NCBI GenBank assembly: GCA_951406725.2
Contig: OX597821.1
Coordinates: forward strand, 9,548,001 to 9,612,000
DNA length: 64,000 bases
Direction of reading: 5' to 3'
From: Octopus vulgaris
Taxonomy: Eukaryota
The position numbers and the translations under genes were made by a program. The first letter of the stretch is position 1, and the number at the start of each line of letters is the position of its first letter. Shown one piece after another: positions 14,092 to 29,790 of the stretch. The notes under the pieces were generated by a model. It had not been told where the DNA came from. It saw only the letters and a list, made by a program, of their open reading frames with translations, and searched no databases.

Positions 14092-14977
14092 TTGAGAGTC
14101 TGTATATAGATATTTAGACAGATAAAATATGTTTGTATGTTATACATTTAGGGTGTATAATGCATAGAATCACATTTTTTTTAATAAACACACTGTATTA
14201 TATACGAGGGATATATGATAGATTTACATTCAAAGGAGGAAACATCTATTAATCAGCGTCATGAGCAAGGCTATTGAAGCAGCACTTCCTTCAAATCATA
14301 TTCTCTCATCTAAAACGATTAATTTACGCATTACGCAATGAAATGATAATGGTTGACATAAAGTGACAGGACTGTCCAAGTTTCGATCGCGAGAATTAAA
14401 GCAGGTCGCCTCGGTCACAGAGAATAGGAAAAGCAAATCGCGCATAGCAAATACAATTACGTGTGGCAATGATAAGTATTTTGTTCATTTCCATCAACCA
14501 TACTTTTACGTAGAACTTCAAATCAAATGGAGATGCATCAATCATAACTGGCAGATTCATTTCCCGCAGAATAAATATAATCTAATATAATGACATTGGT
14601 TAGTTAGTGAAATTAAAGAACGATTATTTCTATCATCTGCATTTTCGACATGAAAATATGCATAATATTTTTTCGTCTGAATGATGACATTTAGAAAATA
14701 TTTAAGCGTGAGATCTTGCAACTAACATTGCGATCAGTGACGTTGGTGTAATTGGCTTTATAGGAACTCAACATATTCAGCAAATCAGGATTGATTCTAT
14801 CCCATTCACAATACCAGGAAGCAACGTAGAACTCTATAAACACATTCAGAGCAGCAAAAGCCAAATGCATATTATTACTTATATAAAAATAGAAGTGCAT
14901 AATTCAGCTATACTTTTTTACGCTTTACTAATACGTTTTATAAAATGGCTGGGTATGTATGTATGTATGTAAATGTG

Positions 14978-15092
<115 letters not shown>

Positions 15093-15204
15093 ATAACTGG
15101 CAGATTCATTTCTCGCAGAATAAATATAATCTAATATAATGACCTTGGTATTAACAGAAAGTTAGCAGGTGGGTAGTTAGTGAAACTAAAGAACGATTCT
15201 ATAT

Positions 15205-15248
<44 letters not shown>

Positions 15249-15304
15249 GTATGAATATATATATATATATATATATATGCATATACATATACACACACAC
15301 ATAT

Positions 15305-15345
<41 letters not shown>

Positions 15346-15484
15346 CTAATATAGGAGGAAGTCTTTTTACAGAAAAACATTCCATCAAAAATGTGGCAGC
15401 CTATTAAAATACCTTTAAAGGTTAAAATTATAAATAACTTATAAACAAGGACACAGAAATAATTTTCTTTGCTCTTGTTTATAA

Positions 15485-15537
<53 letters not shown>

Positions 15538-15616
15538 TGTATATATATATATAAGTGTATATATATATAAGTGTATATATATATATAATCGAAACCGTGA
15601 TCCTGCGACCGCGAGC

Positions 15617-15647
15617 CAGCTGCCCTAAACACTAGGCCATTGCGCCT

Positions 15648-15693
<46 letters not shown>

Positions 15694-15713
15694 CCTTATG
15701 TATATGAATATAT

Positions 15714-15753
<40 letters not shown>

Positions 15754-16105
15754 ATGTGTGTTTATTTCTATCTAGGTCTCTGTATATATAAACACAATGA
15801 TATAAGAACAGTTTAAATAATAGTATGTTACATATTACAATCAATATATGCTACCAGTTGCAATCAGAATCATTATGGATATAACGTAAAATGAATGACA
15901 ACAGATCGAATTAAATTTATATCATAATGGTTCTGAGAGCATATAACAGCAGTAACTGAAGTACTTTTGTTTATATCTAAAAGTTAATTTAGTGTTCCTA
16001 AATGCTCAGAAATATTGACGGTCTCCAATTTAATGCAAACATACACGAGCAAACGTACATACAAAACACATGCCCACATGAGTATGGATACACATATACA
16101 TCTTA

Positions 16106-16158
<53 letters not shown>

Positions 16159-16298
16159 TGTGTATGAATATAAATACATATAAATATATATATACACACA
16201 TCTATATATATGATTATGTGTGTGAGTATGTATATATATGCATATAAGTATGTTTAATATTATTATTATTATATTATTATTATTATTATTGTTATTGA

Positions 16299-16351
<53 letters not shown>

Positions 16352-16439
16352 GTAGTAGTAGTAGTAGTAGTAGTAGTAGCAGTAGTAGTAGTAGTAGCAA
16401 AGCAGCAGCCCTAAACACTAGGCCATTGCGCCTCCATAT

Positions 16440-16471
<32 letters not shown>

Positions 16472-16494
16472 TTCCTTATGTATATGAATATATT

Positions 16495-16574
<80 letters not shown>

Positions 16575-16915
16575 AATTCTATCTAGGTCTCTGTATATAT
16601 AAACACAATGATATAAGAACAGTTTAAATAATAGTATGTTACATATTACAATCAATATATGCTACCAGTTGCAATCAAAATCATCATGGATATAACGTAA
16701 AATTAATGACAACAAATCGAATTAAATTAACATCATAATGGTTCTGAGAGCATATAACAGCAGTAACTGAAGTATTTTTGTTTATATCTAAAAGTTAATT
16801 TAGTGTTCCTGAATGCTCAGAATATCGACGGTCTCCAATTTAATGCAAATATACACGAGCAAACGTACATACAAAACACATGCCAACATGAGTATGGATA
16901 CACATATACATCTTA

Positions 16916-16972
<57 letters not shown>

Positions 16973-17071
16973 TGTGTATGAATATAAATATATATAAATA
17001 TATATATACACACATCTATATATATGATTATGTGTGTGAGTATGTATATATATGCATATAAGTATGTTTAA

Positions 17072-17102
<31 letters not shown>

Positions 17103-17112
17103 GTTATTATTA

Positions 17113-17197
<85 letters not shown>

Positions 17198-17225
17198 TTA
17201 GTAGTAGCAGCAGCAGCAGCAACAG
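15617..17225. repeat. Tandem duplication of about 790 bp
   Basis: ~15617-16400 and ~16404-17200 are near-identical; both start GCCCTAAACACTAGGCCATTGCGCCTCC and end in (TAT)n(AGT)n. Confidence 0.9.
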
Positions 17226-17921
17226 CAGAAGCAGCAGCAGAATAAGAAATAGAAAGTCGTTGGTACATTATCATATGCTGGAAAATAAATTAAAATGTTT
17301 TTTAGACAATTTCTCCACTTTAATAATTAAATGTATATACAGTTATATGCGTGTGTTTAGTGTTTGTGTGTCTGTGTCTGAGTTCAAATTCTACCGAGGT
17401 TGTCTTTTCAATTCGTAGATTCCGACACGATAAAATACCAGTTGATTTAGGTAAAGTACCAGTAGAGTACTAGCGTCGATGCAAATATTTTAGCACCTCA
17501 TCTAAAACTCAAAAATATTTATGTATCAAAATTTTAAGCCAATTTTACTTTTTGGAATTTACTCTTAGGAATCTTTGTACGTTTTTCATTTGTCACTTGT
17601 CACATTATGTAACGGTTGAGCTGCTCAACTTAAGGTTTCCACTGTGATCTTACCGCACCGTTTGTTTATATTCACGTGAAGATTTTGCATGACATAAACG
17701 GCGCGCATTCTCTCCTGATGACCCCATACACTTGCTGGCTTCCGGTATGCAGAGTTCTCGACTGGTAGCACTTGCATATGCAAGTTGCTTGCAAAACATC
17801 TATATATGTAAGTATATATATATATAAATATATAATATATATATAATATATATATTAACAATGGCGGTGCCCCAGCATGGCCACAGCTCATAAGCTGAAA
17901 CTGGAAAAATCAAAAATCAAA

Positions 17922-17974
<53 letters not shown>

Positions 17975-18002
17975 CTCTGTATATTATAAAATAAATATAC
18001 TT

Positions 18003-18051
<49 letters not shown>

Positions 18052-18449
18052 GGACTGGCTGTGTGGTAAGTAGCTTGTTTACGAACCACGTGGTTCCGGG
18101 TTCAGTCCCACTGCGTGGCACCTTGGGCAAGTGTCTTCTACTATAGCCTCGGGCCGACCAAAGCCTTGTGAGTGGATTTGGTAGACAGAAACTGAAAGAA
18201 GCCCGTCGTATATATGTATATACATATATGCGTGTGTGTGTTTGTGTGTCTGTGTTTGTCCACCTAGCATTGCTTGACAACCGATGCTGGTGTGTTTATG
18301 TCCCTGTTACTTAGCGGTTCAGCAAAAGAGACCGATGGAATAAGTACTGGACTTACAAAAGAATAAGTCCCGGGTTCGAGTTGCTCGATTAAAGGCAGTG
18401 CTCCATCATGGCCGCAGTCAAATGACTGAAACAAGTAAAAGAGTAAAAG
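18052..18449 (+). mobile_element. SINE family A, full-length copy in (TA)n
   Basis: TGGCTGTGTGGTAAG A-box, GGTTCAGTCCC B-box, tail CATGGCCGCAGTCAAATGACTGAAACAAGTAAAAGAGTAAAAGA. Confidence 0.85.
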
Positions 18450-18699
18450 ATATATATATATATATATAATTATAATACTCTATATATTATTATTATTATA
18501 AATAAAATAATCCATCAAGAGAAGGGTGCCGAAACAGTTGTAGTGAAGAATTTTACCTGCCTCTGGAAAAATGTGTCTAAGCTCGTGGAATGCACCCGGT
18601 GGATACGTGTGTGAATATGCATACATACATGTACATAGATATATACATACATACACACGCACATATATATATAACTAGACCAAGTCGTATTTTACTCAA

Positions 18700-18829
<130 letters not shown>

Positions 18830-19389
18830 ATATAAATTTGCTTTATTTTCAAATTCATAAAGACAACGATTCTCACAGATTTTTCTGATTTTCAAAAGTT
18901 GAGAGAAAAAGACGAGGAGCTATGCTACTTTTCTTCTAATCGGAATTCAAAAAAATATATTTTTATTTTGCGAGAAGTTGGTTCAAATTATTTCTGTTTT
19001 GGAAACTTTTTCATTGTTCGAGGATGATCACGTGATCACATTTGAAGAAATGTTTGGTCGTAAGTTAAAGCTGCCATGGTTCAGTAAACATGTGTAGTGG
19101 TAATCCTTCACAGTCAGGGATATATAAATTTTGTCAGATGTAATGGAGGAATTAACATGTCAGTGATGGAAGGAAATTCCCTTTGGTCTTCCATTTAGGA
19201 ATCTGAATTCAAATACGAGTATTCTGTTACTAACCCATTCCTCGAGAAATCTAAAAGTAACAAATCGTATTCTAAATGGATTACTAAGATACATATAAGT
19301 GGAAATTTTATCACTAACATTCCAATTTCTCTCTCACCGTAGAGTGATTTTTTTCCAAAAGCAAACGCAACAACATACACAACAGATAC

Positions 19390-20620
19390 AGAAAAACAAC
19401 TTTTAAAAAATCATGGACAGAAGCAACCACAATCTAGATTCGATACAAAAAGTAACACTAGGACAAGTTTGGAAGATACCTTTTTAGACCCAGCCGGGAG
19501 AACTCTCGACACCCGATGGTACAAGTCGAAGATCAGAAACCAAAGATAATTAGCCTTTGTAAAAAGCACTTGCAGTAATGTGAAATATCTTTCTTCATTG
19601 GGGCCGTTGATGTTCATGGTGGCTCTTTCATACATACTTATATACTGGCACTGACACAGGCAGCCACACTTATACTATCAGTGACATAGACAGTCACACT
19701 TATACTGAGGACACAAATGTATAAGCAGTCAAGGAATATTCTAGTGCCAATCATTTATAGAAAGACCTAGATGCCATATATAATGGGTGAAGAAAATAAT
19801 ATACAATTTAATGCAGTTAAATTCTAATCCCTTCACTACCAAAAAAATTGGTCTCTCACAAGCTGTAACGCGATACTTACGACCAAAAAGAGTGACGTTT
19901 GCTGTGAGATCTGGAGATTGATATGAGCAACGATGCCTCGTTATTGTGGCAGTGTACCATCAAATGACGGATGCATTCTGAGGACGTTCAGAACAACGTA
20001 TTAGATTGTATACTCGTACTATGGAAGCCATTTATATTCAGCTGTCTGGACTGCTGCTCTCAACTATAGTCACCTTACAATGTCAAATTAGTAGCAGAAT
20101 TTGTGACATTTCAGCAGTGCTGCACAAGTGAGATTGCACTATTGGAACAGCTGAGAAACTGGGAGAGACTAAACGTGCTACGAATCTAGACCCAGGAACG
20201 GAGACAGGAGAGCTACGCAGTGCTATAAGTATGGAAGATCCGGGATGGGCTGGTACCAAACTTTGGTATTGAGAGCTACACCAGCTCCTGAATTTGATGT
20301 CTTTACATTATTCCATAGACCCTAACTAGCCCGTCTAGAGTGAGCATAGTATTGCAATAGCTTGGGATTCAAGAGCCTACAGCTATTTAACGGCTTACCA
20401 AAATATCGGGGGGGGGGGGGGCTGGAGTAGGTGTTGGTGTTTTCAGAAACGATTTAACACCTGAAATTCAAAGTTGCAGATGAACCTATATCAAGGCAGG
20501 AAACTCAAAAGATAGTAGGAGTGGCGAAATCCCCTTTCCCCAAAAGTCAATCACATAAGCCTAACCATTGAAAAGGTTCCATTATACTCACAGTCGTATA
20601 AATGTATAAAAGGATAAAAG
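19390..20620 (+). mobile_element. Decayed CR1-type LINE fragment
   Basis: Colinear with 42300-43100 (GATGCCATATATAA.TGG, AATAGCTTGGGATTCAAG, GATGAACC.ATATCAA.GCAGGAAA). Confidence 0.6.
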
Positions 20621-20653
20621 AAATATATATGTATATATATATATATATATATA

Positions 20654-21200
20654 CTAGCAGTTGTACCCGTCGTTGATCGGGTAATAACTTTTACTGCTTC
20701 CCGGGCCGAGAAGCTAGAAAAATGAGTATATCATATAGAAGAATAGTTTTACGGAATCCATTTGACTGCGATGCAACTGAAAATGTTATAGGTCAAGTGG
20801 AACATTTTTGATGGTCTTTCTTTAGTAGACATTTTTTAATTAAGAAATGAGTAATAGTAAAATGGAATTACGAATGCTGTGTCAGTGCTCAACTAGTGTT
20901 GTAGCATTGCATCATTTTTGTTGAGACAAAGTAGTCAATATCATGATGGGAGATACAGGAAAAAGTATTGCACGTCGTGCATTTGTTTGGTGTTCGTTTT
21001 TTGACGGTCTCTTTTTAGTGTATATATTAAATTCTTTTGATTAGGAATATCAGGAAAAAATAGTGAAATGAAATTACAAATGCCTTGTCCTGTCAGTGTT
21101 AGCGCCGAAATTCCGACGCTATTTTACAGGAATGGAAGGCAAAGCAACAGTAAGTATAGTCCAATGAAATTACAAATGATGTGTATACAACTATTGCAGC
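20654..21200 (-). mobile_element. Non-autonomous Helitron-like element (3' end clear, 5' end uncertain)
   Basis: A|CTAGCAG followed by the hairpin ACCCG..CGGGT, the same geometry as the 3' end at 48130-48157. Confidence 0.45.
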
Positions 21201-21448
21201 GTGCAAGGTGTTAATAACAATTTAAGAAAAACACAAAAACCGTTGGATTCACGTCAACATTTAAAATTAATTTGTCAAAATATTTTCGTCGCCTTCCGGC
21301 CGCGACCTGTTCACTGAGAAAAATTACGTGCAGTGCTGCTTCGGTGTTTGTGAGTTTCTTAAATGGCTTATAAACACCTTCCACACTGCAATTGCATTCG
21401 TTCTGGCACACGATCTCAGATAAGATCACTTGCTATGCAAGTACATCA

Positions 21449-21543
<95 letters not shown>

Positions 21544-21882
21544 GAGTATTACACACTGATAACGGGTTACTGCCCAGAAGCCAGGGGCTGATAGTGTCAC
21601 GTAAGTTTAGAGATTTGCAAATAATAATCAGAAACAGACAATATGTCGTTAGCCAGCAAGAGGTGTCTTCCTGGGTTATAAACAACAGTAGCATCGTACA
21701 CTATGGGCCCGCGAGTAGTTATAAAGTCATTGTCGTTCGCCCGGTATTTGAATTAGCAAATTTATTGCCGTTTGTAATTCCAGAATGGGAAATTCAGTCG
21801 GAGAACAACACTCTGCTGATACAATGATAATTCTTTAATTTCGTGTTTTATTAAAAAAAATATACATACATATATACATACA

Positions 21883-22073
<191 letters not shown>

Positions 22074-23013
22074 GTTTGTTTATTGTCGTTCAGGAACCTC
22101 CATCCGTCCTCACATATTCTTTAACACACATTTTTCTGTCAGCGATAAAACTCCAGAAATAACGAGATAAATGCAGACAAATGCATAGAAAAATGGCGGT
22201 TGCTAACACTTACAAGGACTGGCGTATTGATTTATGAACTTCGGTTGAAACACTTTAGTGATGTCACTATAAATTATGTATAAGTACATAATTATTTATA
22301 TTACAGAGTGTTTCAGCTTTATACAGATAATATCTGAAACAAGCGGGAAAGCATAATGTAATTTTTGATTTAATAATGTATCTGTACGTTACACGCCACA
22401 GACACATTATTATATACCTATCCAAGAGATTGGGTAGATTATTGTTCAGTCTCAAACTAAAGTAAAACAATACGTATCTTTAGCTATTATCTTTCCCCAC
22501 GAATTAGGGACTTTGTATATATATTTGAATACAAATAGTTCTAAAAGAGAATTTACATACAATAATTTATACCGAATATATAAATATTGATAGCAATAAG
22601 GGACTGATAAACGTAGTATTAAAACACTGTTATTGCTTATATACTAAAAACACATTACCCTGAACAAATTGTTACGTACGCCTGACGAATATTATTATGG
22701 TAATTCCATAACGTTTCACAAACAGTTAGCCGCATATAATTCTAACAACAAGACGTTAGAAATATTTCTCTTGTGTAAGACGTTCGCAACATAAAATGTA
22801 GAATTGTGTAAGCCCAGGTATACAATAGACTTTAGATTGGACCAGAATATCAGGCTGAACAATGAAGGAGCCGTTAGTGAATTAGCAGAGGACGTATGGA
22901 TAATCTCAGACCAGATCCCCCTTACTCGCCATCCCGGCTTCATCACATCAGTCTCGTTGATCCTGAAGTTTGTTTAAGCATTATCTTCTCATAGACAATG
23001 TGTGAAGCATCCG

Positions 23014-23045
<32 letters not shown>

Positions 23046-23170
23046 CCTAACACATTCTCGCTACAGACACTCACGCCCACACACGCAAATATACACATGC
23101 ACACACAACACACACATAGACACACACACCAGTATATAAACACATTTTGACTGTATAGGCGGAGAGGTAT

Positions 23171-23213
<43 letters not shown>

Positions 23214-23252
23214 TATATGTGTGTGTGTGTTTGTTTATGTGTATGTATGTGT

Positions 23253-23352
<100 letters not shown>

Positions 23353-24198
23353 GTGTATGTACGTATGTGCGTGTGGAAAAGTAGAAGACGAAGAAGAAGA
23401 AGAAGAAGAAGAAGAAGAAGAAGAAGAAGAAGAAGAAGAAAAAGAAGAAGAGCAACAAGAATTAAAAGCGGGAGGATGAGGAGAAGACGAGGATCAAAAG
23501 ATATAAATTTTAATCCCCACCATTTCTAAGAATAGGTGTTGCCAAACTAATTCCTGTAAAAGAAATATCTGTGTAGTGACAACACACACCATTGATTAAA
23601 TTATGTTAGCTGTATCAGACAGTGCTGTCGCGAAGTCCTATCAAGTAATTTAACGATAATCTTCGTAGTGTCTACCAGTGCATTTGCGCGTATATTTTCT
23701 CATATATTTCGAGTTTAGTCTGTTGAACAATATGTAAATATTACACCAAAATATATTGAAAATATATTGGGAAATATATATGCGTTCTTCTTTCCTCTAA
23801 TGATTTGTTGTGGACAGATTGGACATTGATTTAAATCACACAAAATTGAACATCAGCAAGTATGGAAGCGAAAGTATTCTAAATGTGAAAGGTAGCAATT
23901 TTATCAATTCGCTTCAAACAGGAAGTTCTAATATTTCTTTGTATGCGTGATGATAAGCATCAGCTACTTGTGGGAGTAATGAACAGGTCTCTACTATGAG
24001 ATGAGATTGTCAATTGAGAAAATTAATTTGTATGCCAAGTGCAATTTCTCCGACACGTATTTAATGTTAAATAATATTCGAAACAACATTGTGTCTAATA
24101 TTCACTTGACACTTCTTGTTGCGATGATTTGAGACAAAATTTCAAAACTTATGCACAAATTCAATAAAACTCAAGATCGCGCCTCCATATTTGTTTGC

Positions 24199-24262
<64 letters not shown>

Positions 24263-24524
24263 GTCTATCTATCTATCTATCTTTCTGTCTGCCTGTCTGT
24301 TTGTCTTTCTGTCTGTATGTCTGTCTACCCATTCGTATATACATCTCACTCTCTAAGTATGTTTGTATATACACACACTCAGGTTCCCAAGCTTCATAAC
24401 TACATTTATAAGAAAAATAAAGTAACAAATTAGTCGAGAATTGAACTGGCTAAAATATTTTCTGCTGCACCCACTCCAATCAAAAGATAACTATAATTAA
24501 ATATAAGGCATAACTATAATCAAA

Positions 24525-24860
24525 GTTGCATGGTTCAATGGTTAGAGTGTCCGGCTCACAAAAATTAAGTAGTGAATTCGATTATCGCACAGAGTTATAT
24601 GTTGTGCTCTTGAGCAAAACATTTTTTCACACTACTCTAGTTCACTCAGCTGTAAAAATTAGTTGTGACGTTACCGGTGCCAAGCTATATCGTTCTTTGC
24701 CTTTCTTCTGGATAACGTCAGTATTGAGGGGAGACTGATATGCATGAACGAATGCTGATCTTCCATAAACGACCTTGCCTGGTCCTCTGCCTCGGAGGGG
24801 ACATTTCTAGGTGTAATCTCATGGCCATTAATAATCGAAAGGGATCTATATCCTTTTCAC
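24525..24860 (+). mobile_element. SINE family D, diverged
   Basis: Colinear with 13118-13462. Confidence 0.7.
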
Positions 24861-24989
24861 AAGAATGAAAGAAACAGAATCATTAAATCTACATAAAGAC
24901 TGTCCCCGATTGTCAAACAAGATGTTTCCCCTAATAAGGCAAACTTAATAAGGTCATTGGATCATGTATTTAACATCTGAATGATGAAG

Positions 24990-25870
24990 ACAAGACTCTG
25001 CATATTCGTGAAGAAAACAACTTTTAGATTCTGCAGAAACTGTACCACTTTACATTTAGCAATCACAACGTGGTCCATATGGACAACCTCCCAGCACACC
25101 CTGTCCGATATATCATTTAACACCCTGGTTACCATAGTATCTCAAAAAGCACTTACAAATATCTCAGCTACTGGCCTAGACAGATTTCCCACTGAATTCC
25201 TGAAAGATTGCTGGTGAGAATCTTTGAATAATTGCTATATTCCCTTTACATTCCTGCACCTGTCGATTGTCGCAATCTTCAAAGAGTTATCGGCTGATCA
25301 CACTTACCTCTTATATCACCAAATTATTTGAGAAAGCACTAAGATCTCGTGTTCTGAAACTAAGGTTCTGTAGTATAGTTCCTACTTGACACAGCTCCCG
25401 CATCACGTTAATGACATACTAAACGCACTGAGAGCGAGCTCTAATGCTGATATCATATATCTTTACTTCAGGAAGGTCGTCGACAAGATTAACCACACCA
25501 TTCTATTAAAGAAAGCAGCCAACACTGGAGCCCGATGAAAAGAATTTAAGATGATTGGATACTTGCTGCTTTTAAGAACTCAGCATATGTCAATCAAAGC
25601 TCAGCAAGTCCATCGGTGGTCACTCACCACCAAAGAAAAAACAAAAACAAAAATAGTATATTGTGCCAACTCATTTGTATTTTGATATCACTGACGTCTA
25701 CATACACCGCAACATACGAAATTTTGCTGGGGAATCTAAGCTTCAGGAGATTGTCAACAGAGTAGGATATCAGACCATCTCCAATCGATTTCTTTCCTAG
25801 TTGTTATCTGATGGCTGGAAAGCACAATGTGCCGCTAAACCGGTATGTATTTAGCCTAGTTCGGTAAAGG
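24990..25870 (+). mobile_element. Decayed CR1-type reverse transcriptase fragment
   Basis: ATGLDRFPTEFLKDC, LTQLPHHV and DIIYLYFRK remnants match the LINE at 31145-32549. Confidence 0.65.
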
Positions 25871-25959
25871 ATTGAATTTTACCTTTGAAACATATTTTCC
25901 TTGGGGGAAACTCTTTTCATCGCACACCATCATCCTTTTGTTCCCCCGCCTTAAATTTG

Positions 25960-27700
25960 AATACTGTTTTCCGCTGAGGTATCAAGCATTATTCCATCCA
26001 ATACGCCGTGAGTGCAATGTCTTTTGTATTATGGGAGAAATACGCAAGCAACATTGTTTAAATTATGTTATGATGCTATGGACGGTAAAATTCAAGGAAC
26101 TCGCGTGTCTAAGTATATACCATGTCTTCGCTCCTTTAAGCCTCCAGATATAATCGACAAGTGATGTTAAATGTCGTTTAATTATATTTCGAAACTTAGT
26201 GATTTGGTTTTGAAAACATCGGCCGATGCGCCACTATATATATTGCACTTGTATACCACGTTCTTAGTCATACTTTGGTTATCCAGAGGTCCCCTGGATC
26301 AATCACTGTATGTGTATACCTCTTTTATTTTGTTGGATTGTGTACATCGAACGCTGGAGGGTTTGGTTCTGTTCGGTATGCTGGTCGTCAATATTATTGT
26401 GTTAGTAGGTGTTTATTATTTGAAATATTGCTAGTGTTCTTTTTTGGATGGTTATCATGGATATTGTAATTATTGCTCTGTTCGTTGTTAGTGTAATTCG
26501 AGTTATAAACCTTGTCTTTAAGTTGATCTTATGAGATATGGTTGATGTCAAGAAATTTTATTTTGAGTGCTGACTAATCTTTGCTTCAGTTTAGAGTTGT
26601 TAATCCTTTGATTATGATGCTCTAATTTTGATAAATTTACATAGGGTAGTTTTATAGTGTTACGGTTGAATAATTGCTGCAGACTCCACTTTTATGGAAG
26701 CAGCCATAAAGTGCGGGGAAAAATTGTTTCGAGTTCTTAGATGAGATGCTGGAGTTCCAAATTGGGTTATACCAAAGGAAAGCATGGTTTTTATATTTAT
26801 GGTTGGGTTTCTTTGTCTGGGTGGTTGGAGCGACAATTGGATTTTGTAGCGTTAGGTGTTAATTTCTTCTCTATTACAAGTTTTGTGTCTGGGTTTCGGC
26901 AATTTTATCATATGGTTTGGTATTCTATTATCTAGGGTTTTGATATTGTATATGTAGCTATTGTTGTGTTTGGTAAGTTTGTTATAATGAATCGTATTAT
27001 TACTTGTTGAGTTATAAGAGTTGTTATTATTGTCACTACTGCTACTGGCATATTAGATTTTCTCAAGGTATCTGGGCTTAGCTAAGGCTGAGTTATAATA
27101 AGGTGCGTGCATGTTGATTGTATCTCCATTTGCAGATAACCTGGATATTCTAGCCGAGATATTATTAACGAGTCTCCTAAATATTGATGGTTGATGATTA
27201 GATCCAACGTTAATATATTTTAGATTCTCGTTAGCTTTAGGAAACGGCTCGTGTAGACCAGTATCCAAATCATAAGTAGCATCTAAAAGTAGACTATATG
27301 GTATTTATTGATTAGTGTGATGGAGAGTCCAGTATTAAAAAAATTAGAAGTATTTTGTATTTTTCGCGCTGTACTTTACTACATGTATGTAGGAAGAATA
27401 ATGTGTCATCTCTGTATAACCCTCCATTCAATCCAGGAATATATAATTGTATCTGGGATAGGATGTAAATTCCTACAAGGTCAGTTACTTCTGCAGAATC
27501 AAATGATCCCATAGATATGTCAGAAGATTGAAAAAACAGGCTTTACTACAAAATACTACCACTGTTCTTGCGTATCAGTATCGCCAAGTACCAGCCGATA
27601 CGGAGGTGCTGAATCAATTGTAGTGGTTTCTAAAAAATATGTTCCTTCCATTATCTCGTAATGATATTAGTTTCTATAAACGCTACGATTACTTGCGGAT
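25960..27700 (-). mobile_element. Decayed Penelope-like element (RT plus probable GIY-YIG region)
   Basis: MGSFDSAEVTDLVGIYILSQ...GLYRDD (27312-27512) and LKYINVGSNHQPSIF..ISARISRLS (27053-27268) are Penelope/Neptune RT and thumb motifs. Confidence 0.8.
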
Positions 27701-28100
27701 TTCAACATGTACATCCAGTAATGGGGATGTCCTACTGTAGCCGACAATCGAAGGGGAGCTTTTTATGTATGTATGTATGTATGTATGTATGTATGTATGT
27801 ATGTATGTATGTATGTATGTATGTATGTATGTATGTATGTATGCATGCATGTATATATGTATGTATTTATCAATGCACATAGGTGTATATGCATGTGTGC
27901 ATCTATAAGTGTTTACAATATATATAATAATTTGTTCTTTAATATTTCTGCTTGTGTCAGTTAATTATAATAATAATAATAATAATAACAATAATAATAA
28001 TAATATGGCCTACCAATGTATACTATGAGTTTCTTTGCCCTAGGAGTCGGGAAGACACTCGGCAAGAAATGGAAGCAAATTTGAAAGAAGAAAAAAAATA

Positions 28101-28178
<78 letters not shown>

Positions 28179-28979
28179 TATACACGTATTGGAAACAGAT
28201 ATCAACACGGATAGACTCATTCTTTGAAAACTTGTGGGTACCAACACTATTACTTCTTTAATTTTATGAGTCGGTTATAGTGTACTAGAAAATTATGTCC
28301 AAAGATAATTGCAATAAGCGTTTAAATCCTAAACAAGGCACAGTGCAATTAAAATATAAATATATAACATGAAAGAAGAAATATGAGTGATATATAAATT
28401 CGGTTTCTTAATATGTAGATTCGAAGAAAAGCCTTGTTACAAGTATCTGTTTCCTACTGTTAATCGTTGCCAAATTTATATTCTTTCTTATTTGAATCGA
28501 ATCATTATACACAACACTTTCACTTTCATAGTTAATGTTATTGGTTGCTCACTGTGCTCTACGAAAAATTGTAAATTAGCGTGTACTTGTGAAGGACGAT
28601 TCCAAATGTGAATAACACTGAATATCGAAGCAAATCTACAATGAAATAGTAAGTATTCAGTCTAATGAAAGACATTAGAAAATTTATGGTTGCTAAGGCA
28701 TACATCGAAAATATGAAATTTCAAAGTTTAATAGTAAATTTGCTATATATAATTTGCTAAATATTTGATATACGGAACTTTCAGTGATTGCAAGTATATA
28801 CTACTGCGTATTAGATATGTGAAGCAAGCATCTCTCTATTTCCCGATTAGTTATGTTTTCAATATTAACATCAATATATTGTCAGAACCTCACACCTCTG
28901 TTCGTGATGTCTCTGTCGTACTGTACAATAGACATAATGAAATTATAAAGTATAAAAATTTACATATTATATTATAAAT

Positions 28980-29340
28980 ATCGTTGTACTCCGTCGTTTA
29001 AGACGATGCGCGCCCCAGTTGATCCGATCAACGAAACAACCTGCCCGCGAAATTAACGTGCAAGTGGATGAGCACTCCGAGGGCACATTAAAGTAGTTCT
29101 CGAGGAGATTCAGCGTGACACACAGTGTGACAAAGCTGGCTCTTTGAAATCTAGGTACAACAGAAACAAGAAGAAACAGTAAAAGGAATACAGTAGGGTT
29201 CGTCACCACCCCTGCTGGCAACTCGTGGAGCTTGAGACATTTCGCTCAATAAATACTCACAACACTCAGTCTGGGAATCGAAACCACTATTCTACGACCG
29301 CGAATCCGCTGCCCTAACCACTGGGCCATTGCGCCTCCAC
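28980..29340 (-). mobile_element. SINE family C
   Basis: Minus-strand head GTGGAGGCGCAATGGCCCAGTGGTTAGGGCAGCGG; colinear with 11140-11528. Confidence 0.8.
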
Positions 29341-29469
29341 ATTATAAATATACATATATGTACACACGTACACAAGCACGTGCATTCATACAAATGCTTA
29401 CACACACATACACACGTTCACAATATAAGTTAATATATGAATGTGTATATATACATACAGAGAGAAAGT

Positions 29470-29790
29470 CATAGCTCAATGGTTAAGGCGTTGGGTTCGC
29501 AATCATGAGTAGGTTAGTTATATTGCCATACCGGGTTCTGTGTTGTATACTTGCGGAAGACACTGTATTTATCGTTGCTCCTGTTCGCTCACCTGCAGAA
29601 ATGAGTTGTGTTGTTCCTGGTGTCAAGCTGTATCGGCATTTGCTTTTCCCATGGATAACATCGGATGCGTAATGCGAAGAGATGACGCTATGTACAATCT
29701 TCTCCTGACTTGTTGCTCAGATGGTAAATCTTTAGGGGCAATGCCATGGTCACTCAAGACCGAAGGGTTCTTTACGCGTTTTACCCTAGC
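29470..29790 (+). mobile_element. SINE family D, diverged
   Basis: Colinear with 13118-13462. Confidence 0.65.
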